This document shows, piece by piece, positions 35,091 through 48,220 of a DNA stretch of 64,000 bases. The stretch is from Camelus ferus (taxonomy: Eukaryota). Every line of letters starts with the position of its first letter. Within the stretch, counting starts at the first letter, position 1. Below the pieces are notes generated by a model. It saw only the letters and a list, made by a program, of their open reading frames with translations. It searched no databases and had not been told where the DNA came from. Made by a program: the position numbers and the translations under genes. The stretch is taken from positions 31,806,001 to 31,870,000 of the forward strand of contig NC_045705.1 of assembly GCF_009834535.1 (NCBI RefSeq), given 5' to 3'.

Positions 35091-36993
35091 TGATGACTTC
35101 AATGGCATGAAATTAGAAACCAACCACAGAAAGAAAAATAAGAAAAAAATGGCTGCATGGAGACTAAACAACATGCTACTACAAAACCAATGAGTCAATG
35201 GTCAAATCAAAGAATAAATTTAAAAATGCCTTAGGACAAATGACAATGAAAACACAATCACACAGAATCTATGGGATGCAACAAAAGCACTTCCAAGAAG
35301 GAAGTTCATAGAGCTAGAGGCCTTTCTCAAAAAACAGGAACAATTTCAAAAGAATAACCTAACCTACCACCTAAAAGAATAAAGAAAGAAGAACAAACAA
35401 AACCTAAAGTCAGCAGAAGGAAAGAAATAATAAAAATCAGGGAGGAAATAAATAAAATAGAGAATAAAAAAAGAAAAAAATCAATCAAATCAAGAACTGG
35501 TTTTTTGAAAGTGCAAACAAAATAAACAAACCTCTTGCCAGTCTCACCAAGAAGAAAAGAGAGAGGATGCAAAGAAACAAAATAAGAAGTGAAAATGGAA
35601 AATCACAAGCANNNNNNNNNNNNNNNNNNNNNNNNNNNNNNNNNNNNNNNNNNNNNNNNNNNNNNNNNNNNNNNNNNNNNNNNNNNNNNNNNNNNNNNNN
35701 NNNNNNNNNNNNNNNNNNNNNNNNNNNNNNNNNNNNNNNNNNNNNNNNNNNNNNNNNNNNNNNNNTGATCACTTAAAGTGAAATAGAATCAGCAAAAAAA
35801 AACCTCCCTGCAAATAAAAGCCCAGGACCAGCAAAAGTAAACAAATGAGACCTAATTAATTAAACTCAAAATCTTTTGCAGAGCAAGGGAAACCATAAGC
35901 AAAACAAAATAACAACCTATGGAATGGGAGAAAATATTTACAATGATGCAACTGACAAAGGTTTAATTTCCAGAATATATATGCAATTAATATGACTTAA
36001 TGACAAAATACAAACAAACAAACAAGCCTATCCTACAATGGGCAGAAGATCTAAACAAGCAATTCTCCAGTGAAGACACATAAATGGCCAATAGGCATAT
36101 AAAAAATGCTAAATATCGCTAATTATCAGAGAAATGCAAATCAAAACAACAATGAGTTATCACCTCACATCAGTCAGAATGGTCATCATTAAAGAGTCCA
36201 CAAATAATACATGCTGGAGAGGGTGTGGGGAAAAGGGAACCCTTCTATACTGCTGTTGGGAGTGTAGTTTGGTGCAACCATTATGGAAAACAGTATGGAG
36301 TCTGCTCAAAAAAAAAAAAAAAATAAAAACCAGCCATATGATCTATCAATCCCAATCCTGAGCATAGATCCAGAGGGAACTCTAATTAAAAAAGATACAT
36401 GCACCCCAATATTCATAGCAGCGGTATTTACAATAGCCAATAATGGAAACAAGCTAAATGTCTATCAACAGGAAACTGGATAAAGAAGTTCTGGTGCATT
36501 TGTACAATGGAATAGTACTCAGTGATTAAAAAAAAAAGTAAAATAATGCCATTTTGCAGCAACATGGATGGAACTGGTGATTGTCATTCTACGTGAAGTA
36601 AGCCCGAAAGAGAAAGAAAAATAACATATCACTCATATGTGTTATCTTAAAAAAAAAGACACAAATGAACTTATTTACAAACGAGATATAGAACCTCAGA
36701 CATAGAAAACAAACTAATGGTTACAAAGGGTAAATGAGGATGGGAAGGAATAAATTGAGGGTTTTCAGAAACTAACTACTGACTATAGAATAGATAAACA
36801 ACAGGTTCCTTCTGTATAGCACAGGGAACTATACCCAATATCTTATAGTAACCTATAATGAGAAAAAATGTGAAAACAACTATGTGTATGTATATGTATG
36901 ACTGAGACATTAGGCTGTACACCAGAAATTTACACAATATTATAAACTGTCTATACTTCAATAAAAATAAAAATAAAATAAAATAAAATAAAA
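35091..36993 (+). mobile_element. Younger cetartiodactyl-type L1, 5'-truncated and internally deleted, with a (TAAAA)n tail
   Basis: ORF2 EN-linker sequence, the ORF2 C-terminal peptide [30 protein letters not shown] (36134+), 3'UTR GTATAGCACAGGGAACTATACCCAATATCTTATAGTAACCTATAATG, and tail at 36960-36993. Confidence 0.93.
35612..35765. other. Assembly gap (154 N)
   Basis: Run of N inside the L1; its size is compatible with the ~50 ORF2 codons missing between the flanks. Confidence 0.99.
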
Positions 36994-38334
36994 TTAGTGT
37001 GATTTACTCTTTTTCATGTGATTATGGCTGTACTCTATCTTCCTTGGGATTGTTACTTCCCTCTTTTCTCTATAGTTTTTTTCAGTTTCCTTCAATCTCC
37101 TCTCAGGCTTGGATCATAAGCTCCAGAAATCTCTCTGATGGAATTTAATGCTTGTTTATTTAGGGTTATTTTGAATCTTGTGTATTCTCAGCGTCTTGGT
37201 TATGCTGCATGTGTGAGTTATGTGTGATTTTATGTGCCTGTTCTATTGTATTGTATGTTGTATTAGACTATGTGTACAGAGATTCAGATTTAAGGACCTG
37301 CCATAGCTATGCTAAAGACCTCTGGATTTAGTTTCTATGTTTTCCTTCTTATATTAATTTATAGTTGTCTCTTTCAAATTATAAGTCTTTATTATCTATT
37401 TTTTTTGCATTTCTTTTTAAGAGAGATTCTTTTCTCTTGGACAGAAGTTCTGAGTTGGTATTTTGTATGTGGATGTTATCTGAGTTAAATTGAAACATTT
37501 AGTAAATCACTTAGGGATAATCTCACCAAGTACGTCTGCCATACACAGAGACATTCTTTTTAATTCACTCCAGGACCACCTTGGATTTGAGGCTTTCACT
37601 GAGTAACTGAAAATAAGGGATTCTTGTTCAAGTAAGCTTATGTCTTTGCTATTAATAAGTGACTCATTCTTTGGTATTAGAATGCTATTTTTCCACTTAA
37701 TTCCCCTAATGTGATTGGCAGAAGACTCTGAAAATATACAATGCATTGGAAGGATCTTATGGAAGATCTCAGTTCTCTAGAGCATGATTCCTTGGTGAGT
37801 TTAATATTGAATGAGCAGCCTTGGAGACAAACTGTTTTGACAACTCTGAAGTAATTTATTGTTCATTGTTGATTAAGTGCCCAGCCATATCTTCACTTAC
37901 CTGGGGGAAGATTTCTCCTTAGGTATTAATGTCACTGTCAAGATGTAAGAGATACAAGCCATTACCTTAGTGGATGAGAACCATATTAAAATAGTCATAT
38001 AAATGCTTTTGAAAAACCCAAAATAGAGCTCATTTAAAACATTTATCCAGCTTTCTGTATTATTGACTAAAACTATTTTCAAAGCTTTGTTCAATTAATT
38101 TGGTGGTTAAATATCATAATAAAGTTTTAAATTTGATCTGGAAATATATTTTCAGTGACAGCTTTCAAATTCAATGACTTATCATCCATATCAATTGCAT
38201 ATTCCTGAAGCCAACTCTGAATAATTCTATAATCTAAACTGCAAAATATTTATCAAAGTCAAGGAACATGGTCATGGTCAAGAGATGTATACTTATGTGA
38301 CAAAATGATTAAGTGTATCCTGATCTCTCTGCAG

Positions 38335-38467
38335 CCACACCAGGGTTGATGTGGTGGAAATTCTGACTTATCTTCATAGAACAAAACCTTCATCTTCAAG
38401 GACCAAAGACAGAAGTGGGGAAGTCTGTATGTGGAACAAGGGAACAAACAGGAAATAGAAAACCCAG
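38335..38467 (+). other. Candidate 5'UTR exon of the OR4A15-like gene
   Basis: Acceptor TCCTGATCTCTCTGCAG|C and donor CCCAG|GTAAC. Confidence 0.4.
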
Positions 38468-38924
38468 GTAACATGTTTACAAAAACTCTTTCCTGTTATA
38501 AGAATAGGGAAAATAGGCTTACTTGAAATTAATGATGTATGTTTCTTAAGAAGCAGGTTTTATCATATGACTTCAAACATTTTATACCAGAAACTCCAGG
38601 AATAATATAATGCATGCATTTTCACCATTTCGTAAAATATTATTGGAATAAGTACAATGACAATAATTTTCTCCAATGTTCTATATGAGAATTCTTTACA
38701 TGCACACTGCGCTATGCATTTCAGAAAGCACAAAGCAAAATACAACATAATCTGCCATTTATATAGTCTTCACAATAACTTTTTTTTAGATTTCATTATA
38801 CAGTTTAGAGACTTCAACAACTATTTTATATTTTAATATATTTAAAATAATGGAAACAATATAGCTCTTTATAAATTGTTACCTTGTGTGTGGTATCTTT
38901 AAATGTTCTGGTTCTCTGTAGAGA

Positions 38925-39420
38925 TTTTATTTATTGATGATTTTTAATGTGGTAAACTATACATAGCACATTATTGTGTACCCATCACCTCTCTCCATCT
39001 CCAGAACTTTACCATCATCTAAAACTGAAACTCTGAACCCATTAAACAGTAACTGTCCATCTCCTCATCCCACCAGTCCTGAGTAACCACTGTTGTACTT
39101 TCTGTCTCTTAGAACATGACTCTTCTAGGTACCTCAGAAAAGGGAGATCATAAAATATTTGTTTTTTTGTGTCTGGCTTACTGCACTTATCATAATCTCT
39201 TCAAAGTTCATCCATGTTGTAGCATATCTCAGAATTTCCTTCCTATTTAAGGCTGACTAATATTCCACAGTCTGTATCTACCACAACTTGTTTATACATT
39301 CATTAGTTGTTGGGCATTTGGGTTGTTTCCACCTTTTGGCTATTGTGAATAATTCTGCTGTGAACATTGCTATAAAAATATCTGTTAGAGTCTCTACTTC
39401 CTAGTCTTTTGTGTATAAAC
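38925..39420 (-). mobile_element. L1MB-like 3' end
   Basis: CATCTCCAGAACTTT..AAAACTGAAACTCTG..CCCATTAAACA..TCTTCAAAGTTCATCCATGTTGTAGCAT..TTCCACCTTTTGGCTATTGTGAATA. Confidence 0.82.
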
Positions 39421-42400
39421 TCTCAATAACATTTTTAAATTGTAGACTAATAGCCTCATCACAAAGGGAAACTCAAAACTTACAATGTGAAAACTTGAGT
39501 TCAGAGACATTTAGTTACTTTTTAGATTCATTGACCTATACTTATGCCTTACTGGAAAGTGAATTTTAGTATCTGTGGAAACAGAATTCATGAATTTTGT
39601 TAGATATGAGATTTACAGACTCAGATAAAATGCCAATATCTATTTCTGTCTGTGGGTTTATGACATGGTTATTTTCTCATTTTTAGGGCCTTAAAAATAC
39701 TGTAAATTAAACAGAACACATCACATTATGCACTCAGTTGGCTTCTTAATTTATGGAAAGAAGATCCCTCAGGTTAAGTTTAGTTTTAATGATACATTTC
39801 AAAGAAAAGAATGTGATTTGGAGAAAGACAGACAGGGCAATTTCCACATATTAATGTAAATGTTGAAAAGAGGACAGTTTCCAGAATTGTGCATGGTAAT
39901 GATATAGTCAATCCATCAATTACTCAGGGAATGATCCTTTGGATAACTAGACAAAAGAATGGATATGGGGGAAAACTTCCATAGAAGTAATTGTAGAGAT
40001 GGGACGCTTAAGTTACGTGGGGAAACAAAGAGTAGTAAGTCATCTTTTAATTTACTTAACATTTATTATTTGTCCGATAATTTTTGGAGAGTTTTATTTG
40101 TGTTATCTTACTGAACCCTTTTTTTTAAGTCTCATTATACAGATGATGTTGAGCACTTTATCTGGCTCTCACAGGTAGTGAGTACGGATTCTGATGCTCA
40201 AATTCCAAGCCATATTTTAGAGGCCAAGTTCTCATAAAGCACACTGCAGTCATCCAGGGCCACCTCTGCAAAATTATAAAACCAAACAAAACCAAACCGA
40301 CAAAGACTATGTATGAGACAGGCAGTGCACTGTCTCTGATAATTGTTATTCTCTATTTGTCCCCAAAGTCTCTTCAGCCATATTCAGGGTTTAGAAATAG
40401 CATCTTTTTCCTTTATTATGAAGAAATTGATTTGGAAAACATGGAAAAATTTTTTAAAAATTTCCTTTTTAAAAAATATGATGAGCTGGTTAGGTGTTTA
40501 TTAGGACCTCAAAATTTTTGCTGCATCATTTTTTAGCCACTGATCAATCATTAAGAAAAAGCTATTGGTTCCATGGGAAATAACTATATAGACAGTTAAA
40601 TAGAAACATGTTTAGGCATGAATTGTGATCATATGTTTCAAATGGATCTAGACTGAAACAACACTTCAGGGTCTATAATTTTCAATGCCCTTCTAATTGA
40701 AAGTTTTTTTCCCAGTATTTTATATCTTACATACCATTTGTTTCCCATCTTATGTTGCTGAATTTGGCACAATGTAAATCTACTTAGTTTACCTTATTTT
40801 ATTTATCATGGTGGGAAAATTATCATAGAATTAGATTTTTGAGCATTCTTCAAAGATTTTATTTGTTCCCATTGAATATGTTACGAAATTTGAAGAATCT
40901 CACAAATATTTGAGACAGGTCTATTTATTCTTAATAATGTATAATATTGATAAAGTATAGAAATTTTTCTTACTCTAAGTCAAATTAATAGTTTTGAACA
41001 GTTTAGAATAGTAATCATGTTCATAAGAACATTTTAATAGCCAAATATTTATCGATCACTTAAACTGCATAAGGCACACTCATGGATTATAGAGATACAA
41101 TTATTGGTAAGGTATGGTTATTGTCCCAATAGACCCTACAGGTGACAGTGGAAAATCAGTTAGAAACTATGTGTTGTAAGTGCTCAATAGGTCAAGGAGT
41201 TAGACTCTCCTATTAGAAGTTACCTCTTGAATCCTCAGACAACTCTATGAAGTGTATTTATTTTCCATTACAAATGTGGATGTAGCATCCTCATTGTGAG
41301 TGGGGACACTGAATTATGTATTATGCAATGAAATGCCAGAGTTCAGAAGATGGAATTCCTTTAGGCAGCTGGTTTTGTCTACTCATACATCTGAAAGTTC
41401 AGGGTTTGATTTTCTCATTTTCCTTTACTCTGGAAGTCTAAAGATTCTGAGAGGCAAGTCCTGGTGCTGATGCTGAGTTAACAATCCAGTCCACCTCCAG
41501 ACTGACAGCTCAGGAAATTCAAAATCCCTCTACTTCTAACTAACTCATTCAATGCCTCTAAACCAAACCACGTACAAATTTCAAAGCATATTTTATTCAG
41601 CTGACAGTCTTTGACATTTTCTATCTGCCTTTTTTCGTCATCTCTTATTTTCTCTCCTCTATACTTTTATTCCCCCGCTGATGTCTGAGTACACATTGGT
41701 TCATGAGAGGCACAAAGAATAGAAAAACCCCCTGCCCTTCACAAACGACAGTCTATAAATGTAGACACTGAAATGGAGCACATTTGAGATATTTCTGCCA
41801 AAATGAAATTATCCACATTACATGTAAAATTGGCCCAGGATCATATCAGAAAGGCCCAACAGAGGATTGATTATCCTCAAGTGAGAATGAGTGTCCTAAA
41901 TTCCACACAGACTCAGATAACCAAGAACTTACAATATGAACAAAATAATCTAATTTACTCATTACTCTAATAATCAAATAACCTTTAATGCACACTTCTT
42001 TACCCTGATTAATATAAAGAGAGTCTACCAGTAGAAGTGTTAGAATGCAATTTAAGATAAAGGTTTCTATGAAAAGAATTCAGAAACACATCTGGGAAGG
42101 TAATCACCTTTTCAATAAGAATGAATTGGGACGTGATTTTCCCAAGATGACTGAGCCAAATCAAATAATATATTTCTAGATTTTGGTATAGAATTCTTTC
42201 TCCTACAGCACAATTCTGCCTCAGCTTTTATTTGGCATTCTTAATTAAGCTATACTTAGCAACAATTGATTCTAAACAATTTTGGAAAGTAGGAAAAATG
42301 TCAGTGTAGTATCAATCACTTTGGTTTATATTGTCCATTTTTTCCCTAGTAACATTGTAATAAGTGTCATTTTAGTTTGTGTGTGTGTGTGGGTGCATTT

Positions 42401-43075
42401 TCAAGCAAAACATTACTTTCATTGTACTTTATTGGTTGGGAAGAATTTTATACATTATCTCTGTTCAGTTGTTCTCTGATGAGTTTTGAAGTTCAGTTTA
42501 TTTAAACAGAGTTTAATAAGCATTTAATGAATACTCAGGGTGTGCCTGGATCTTTCACACTGTGGGTGACTGAATTATTGATTTTTGGAGCTCGCAGTAA
42601 TTTAGAGAGATAGTTATCTAAATGTAAGCCTATGGTTTTATGTTCCATGACTAAGTATTGCTTTATGTAAATATATAAATCAAGTTATTAGAGATGAGAT
42701 TGTTTTCATGGTGGACCTCAGAAGCCAAAATGTGTTCAGGAAAAGTAGAAATGGTATGTTAAGTCAAAACAGCCATCTTTGTGAGAGAGATTCTGGAAAA
42801 AGCAGCTTTCTTATTGTGTGGCAGATCATGTCTCACGTATGCCTCCCAGTTAGAATACGGACATCTCGTCGCTGTAGTTGAAGCAAGGAATTTGTGATAT
42901 TGGATAGAGTGCTTATGGGAGGAGATTCCAAACTCTCATTGTGTGAGCCCTCATGGAGCAAACACTGTGCAGTAAGACATCACAGTTTTTGACAGAAAGT
43001 TTGCAATCCTCTCCAAGTCATTATCGGCCCTTTTGTTTGCAGACTCTGACACCTGATCAACACCTTCAGATCACC

Positions 43076-44028
43076 ATGGAAAACAGGAACAATGTGACTG
43101 AGTTTGTCCTGCTGGGGCTCACACAGAACCCTGAGATGCAAAAAGTTCTATTTGTCCCCTTCTTACTCATCTACCTCGTGACCATAGCAGGCAACCTGCT
43201 TATCATGGTGACCATCGTGGCCAGCCGGTCCCTGGGTTCCCCCATGTACTTTTTTCTGGCTTATTTATCATTTATAGATACTGTCTATTCTACTGCCATT
43301 GCTCCCAAAATGATCACTGACTTGCTTCATCAGAAAAAGACTATTTCCTTCCAGGCTTGTATGACTCAAGTCTTTATAGATCATCTGTTCGCTGGTGTTG
43401 AAGTCATTCTTCTAGTGGTGATGGCCTATGACCGATACATAGCCATCTGTAAGCCTCTTCATTATTTGGCCATCATGAGTCGGCGGGTATGTGTTCTCAT
43501 GCTGCTGGTGGCCTGGATGGAGGCTTCCTGCACTCACTGGTTCAATTTCTCTTCATTCATCAGCTCCCCTTCTGTGGCCCCAATGTCATTGACAACCTCC
43601 TGTGTGACATGTACCCCTTATTGAAACTTGCTTGCACCAACACCCACCTCATCGGACTCTCCATGATGGCTAATGGAGGGGCAACCTGCACTGTTGTCTT
43701 CTTCATTCTCTTAGTTTCCTACGGGGTCATATTACACTCCCTTAAGATGCATGGTGCGGGAGGAAATCACAAAGCCTTCTACACCTGTGCATCGCATATG
43801 ACGGTGGTCATTTTATTCTTTGTTCCCTGTATCTTTCCGTATGCAAGGCCTAATGTCAACTTTCCCATTGACAAATCCATGATGGTAGTTGTAACTTTAA
43901 TAGCTCCCATGTTGAACCCCTTAATCTACACCCTAAGAAATGCAGAAATGAAAAATGCCATGAAGAAACTTTGGAGTAAAAATCTGACCTTAGGTGGAAA
44001 AGGGCTGTATCCCTCATGTAGGACATGA
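43076..44028 (+). pseudogene. OR4A15: OR4A15-like gene with a single 1-nt deletion in TM4
   Basis: [10 protein letters not shown].., [45 protein letters not shown] and [15 protein letters not shown] match OR4A15-specific features as I recall them. TGG AT- GGA GGC TTC at 43514-43527 shifts the frame. Confidence 0.9.
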
Positions 44029-45589
44029 TATTTACAGAATCATGCAATACTTTAAACTATACGTGATTGCATTTAAAACATCATTTCCTTTGGGTTATTT
44101 AGCCTATTTTTCTGAAATAGCTATACAAATTAATCTTTTTGTAAGTGGAATATTTCATAGTTCTTAAGACCAAGAGAATTGCATAGGTTTAATTTCTTAT
44201 ATACACATTCATAGTGTATTAAGATTCTTTACTGACAACAATTTTTTGGTTTTATTTCAAGTTCTTGTTTGTGGTGTATGGTACCATCTTGGTATAGAGA
44301 AACAAGACCTAATAGAACTTGTTCCCCTTTTAGTCTGAGAGAGTGAAATTTGAAATTAAAAATTTAGATTGTTTTAAAAATGTTAATCTAACAATAAAAA
44401 TAAATTTCTCAGTCAAATTAATTAATTTAAAATTTCACAGCACATGTTCATAGCAGAGGATAAATCCACAAGACATGAACTTTGTGAAATTTATGCTGTA
44501 ATGGTAGAGTGTGGTTGATTTTCTTTGGTGATCAAGTTTTTGTCTAAGAATTAAATTTTTCAGCCCCTTGCTGTGCATCTAGCTCAGGTGGCCTCCCCAG
44601 TAGTTGAATATATATTTAAGTCATTCAAATCACCTATATCTTCAGAGTCTGCCTTCATTAAATTAAACTACCTGGGTTTAGAGTTTTTTGTTTAATGCAA
44701 TAAATATTTACCATTAGGGATACAGATTATTTTGATTTACATAATGAATGTCTTTCTGATTCTCCATAAACTATGTGTTCTTGACTTAAGTGATGAATCA
44801 AAGTATCTTCTCTGTTTACAATACCTCTATGGTGGTTTTGGGGATCAAATACTGTATTACAAAGAGCATTTTTAAGGCTCTGGCATTACAAGCTTCCCGT
44901 CAAAATGCAACCCACAACTTAGACACTTGGGTCCAAAATATGCCTTCATTTTTTTCTCAATTTATAACTGAAATCACTCAGTGTGCTTAGCAATAATAAT
45001 GCCTCCATATGTTTGAGATGTATTGAATTGATGCCAATAATAAAGTTTTATTTATTCTACAGTGAAGGAAATAAAAAGCACTCTAGGTCTTTTAATTAGA
45101 AAGAAATCTAATACTTCAAAAACTGTCAGATTTAAAGGAGCTGGCAGCTGGATCTGAAGATGCTCATTAGAGGGAGCATGGCTGGGATCAAGGATTCACC
45201 ACCTGTGCTGTATGTAGGGATGAGGAAGCTGGACTCAGGGTAAAATATCTCTGCATGCACTTCTCAAATTCCTTCCCTGTTCTGAGTATAAAAATAATTT
45301 TCTTTAAATATTTTAAAGTCTTTTTTTTTTATATTTACATCTTTCAACCACATAGTATATACATTTTTAGGTATGGTATGAGATGGGTGTATATGTTACT
45401 TTCTTCTAAGGATAAATAGCTTTCCCCAGTACATTTATTGAGTAACAATTTTGTTTCCAATTAGCCTACAATGCCACTACTTGTTTCATATATAAAGATC
45501 TATGTATCTATTATTCTATTTCTTAGCTTTCTATTTTGTTCATTTAGTGTATTTACCATGAGCCAGTACTACAACATCTAAATTACAGC

Positions 45590-45845
45590 AGTGTTACAGA
45601 TACCATTGCCATATAAAAAAATCACCTCAAAATTTAGTGATTTAAAACATCAACATTCACTTTATTTCAGATGGTTTCAGTGGGTCAGGAATTTGATCAG
45701 TTCATTTGGGATTTCAAGGCTTAGCTACTCTGATAACTTTGCGGTTAGAAACTGGCTGAGGCAGAATTCATCTAAAAAGTTTCTTCACTCATACCTGTCA
45801 TGCAGGCTGGAAAGCCTTGAGCAGCAGGGACTGGAATAGCTGGTA
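45590..45845 (-). mobile_element. Older MaLR LTR fragment (MLT1F-J-like)
   Basis: AAAATTTAGTGATTTAAAACA..TTTCAGTGGGTCAGGAATTTG..TTCTTCACTCATAC..GGACTGGAATAGCTGG. Confidence 0.55.
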
Positions 45846-45958
45846 CTCTTTGAGATAGTAAGAGTGAGGTTCTAATCCAATGGAACTGGCGTTCTGATAA
45901 GAAATGAAAAGTACACTAGAGCTTGCTCTCTGATGTTTGCTTAGAGGAAAGGCCATGT

Positions 45959-47192
45959 TGTTGCAGAAAAATTGGCCCCCACCCCTGATGAGCCTAACTG
46001 AAACTCAAAGATGTGGTCTTGATGCAGGAAAGATGGATGTGGGGCATGAGGAGGGCCATGTCCCAGGCTTTGGTTGAGCCCCTGGGATGTGCCCCACCAA
46101 GTGTGGGTCATTGGCTTTGCACAGGAAAGAATTCAAGAGTGAGCCACAGTTGAGTAAAGGTAGATTTATTCAGAGAGATACACTGAAAAGCAAGAGAAAG
46201 GCCACAAGGTGTGGGTGTTGGGTGCTCAAATTAAAAGTAGGTACACATTCCATAGACCGAGTGTGGGCTGTCTCCGAACAGAGAGAGAGAGGGGAGAGAG
46301 GAGGTGGAGTCAACTGTTGCCAGTTTTTATGGGCTCAGTGGCTTCATATGCTAATAAGGGGAAGGAGCAGTCTAACTAGCCTGGGGAAGGGGCTGGGGTT
46401 CCCAGGAAGTTGGCCATTTCCCACTCTGTGACCTTTTGTGGTAGCCTTGGGACTTTCATGGCACCTGTGGGCATGTTACTCACCATGTTAATATGTTACA
46501 GTGAGCATATAATGAAGCTCAAGGTCTGCTAGAAGTCAAACCACCCACCATCTTGAGCCTCAGGGCCTACTGGGGGTTGAATCTTTCACCATTTTGATGT
46601 TAATTGCTGTAGCATTCCTTGAATGGCTGTGCCCTGCCCCCTTCCCGTCTCAGTCTTGGAGCTTAGAGAAAAAGAGACAGCTTTATTTCTTTGCCAGGCA
46701 AAGGGAGTTCACAGCAGGCTAGTGCCTTCAAAACTGTGAACCCATCTTGGGGATGGGGCAGGGTGATTATACAGCCATAGCTTAAACAATAAAGCATTGA
46801 TAACAATCAACAGAATTATCTTCTTCTCATAAGAATCGGAGTGGCATCATGGTGTCTCCAGGTGACCAATTCTATACAGTCTAGTGGTTGTCACTCTTTC
46901 CATCTCTTTATTTTATAAGCAACCAAGGTGTGGTCTTCTTAGTAATTCAGGCTATTTTGTAAGGTTACAGTCCCGTGACCTTCTCCGGTGAATGACTCAG
47001 AGACCAAGCATGATTGTTACTTTTGATTACTGGAATAAAGTAGAAACTGTAAAATTAATAGCTTTACTTTAACAATGGGCCTTGAGCTGTGAGTAGCAAC
47101 CAGTCAGTCCGGTTAGTTGACCGTGTTAAGGGCAAGTATAAGAATAAGCAATCTGTTAGCCTAAGTGCAGCCATTTTATTAATTCTCCTCCA
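45959..47192 (-). mobile_element. ERV1-type solo LTR (~600 bp when rejoined) inserted in the MLT1A
   Basis: TG...CA termini, TSD ATGT (45955-45958 and 47193-47196), antisense AATAAAG at ~46682-46688. Confidence 0.85.
46020..46652 (-). mobile_element. Solo LTR (633 bp) of the same family as the provirus at 1-2379
   Basis: Full-length reverse-complement homology to 1757-2379; TSD GTCT (46016-46019 and 46653-46656). Confidence 0.93.
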
Positions 47193-47559
47193 ATGTGAGG
47201 TAGGGGACAGAGACAGTGCCATCTTCAAACTGTGAAGAAAGTTCTCACCATAAACCAACCCTGCAGGTACCTTGATCTTGGATGTCCAGGTTCCACAACA
47301 GTAAGAAAATAAATGTCTGTTGTTTAAGATACCCAATTTGAAGTATTTTATTGTGAAAACCCAAGCCAACTAACATGATGATGATGATGGTGATCAAATA
47401 TAATCTAGAGTTGGTGAACAGTGGTCTGAATTGAGTCAACAGATTTAATTTGGAAAAATCATGGCTCCTCATCCAATCACCAGGTGTGGATAATTTCTAA
47501 ACCAGAATTTTTTTTTTTTTTTTTAATGAAGGCTACTTCAGGTAATTTTGAATGAGAAC

Positions 47560-48220
47560 TCTGTGATAGCACCACAAATAGGTGATGTGGATCTTCAACC
47601 TAATCTTTCTCTGAGGGAGCAGAGGCCATTTACTGGGGTAATTGTGCTCTGGGCAAACAGAAATACTCAAATCTTTCTGGAGATTACTTGAGGCAGATTC
47701 TAAGCTAACACTCACTCCTGGGTGGCAGAATGCCACTGTGGTCCACTGGTCAGAAAGCCAACTGATGTCTGTTGATTTGAAACACACAGATTACCAGATT
47801 TTTTTTTTCCAAAAAAATGGGCTTGTTTGGCATCAGCAAGAATTGCAATTTGAGACCTGTAACCATGTTGAACCACAGGCAACTCCCTCCATGGCAAGGA
47901 AAGGAGAATGCTTTCATAAAGGGGTAAAGGGATTTGAGAGGGCTATTGTAACTAAAGGGCCCATGACTTTTCATTGGCTGAGCCCTTGTCGGGAAAGAAG
48001 AGTCTTTCTTCTTTTGTTGGTTTCTGCTATGTTGCAGAACAGAAGAGTTCCCCCTCATGGTCTCCCAACTCTATGTAATTGAATTTCTATTTATTAACTG
48101 CTTTACAAGGTGAGAATATTGGCCCAAAGCTCTCTCAACAGGCCAGTTCTGCATATCTAGTGGACTATGGGTATTCTACAGAAGGCATAAATTTCCATAT
48201 TGGGTCCCTGATGCATGAGT
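47560..48220 (+). mobile_element. ERV-L internal relic (protease region) interrupted by an LTR
   Basis: FWRLLEADSKLTLTPG at ~47675-47722 resembles the ERV-L protease F.GLLDTGSELTLIPG; the upstream GGCCATTTACTGGGGTAATTGTGCTCTGGG also fits. Confidence 0.6.
47770..48107 (-). mobile_element. Short ERV1-type LTR (~340 bp)
   Basis: TGTTG...TTTACA termini; antisense CCAAT-box region TTTTCATTGGCTGAG. Confidence 0.6.

Larger units (their letters stand above)
45846..47375 (+). mobile_element. MLT1A-like MaLR LTR split by a nested insertion (halves 45846-45958 and 47193-47375)
   Basis: AGAGGAAAGGCCATGT | GAGG...GCCATCT..AAACCAACCCTGCAGGTACCTTGATCTTGGA..AAATAAATGTCTGTTGTTTAAG..CTAACA rejoins into a continuous MLT1A. 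Confidence 0.8.

Noticed and set aside
35485-35776. ORFs containing X runs
   Set aside because: Artefacts of the N gap.
36960-36993. (TAAAA)n microsatellite
   Set aside because: It is the patterned poly-A tail of the L1.
42953-43075. 41-aa N-terminal extension of the OR4A15-like ORF
   Set aside because: It crosses the splice acceptor at 43041-43042; the OR start is the ATG at 43076.
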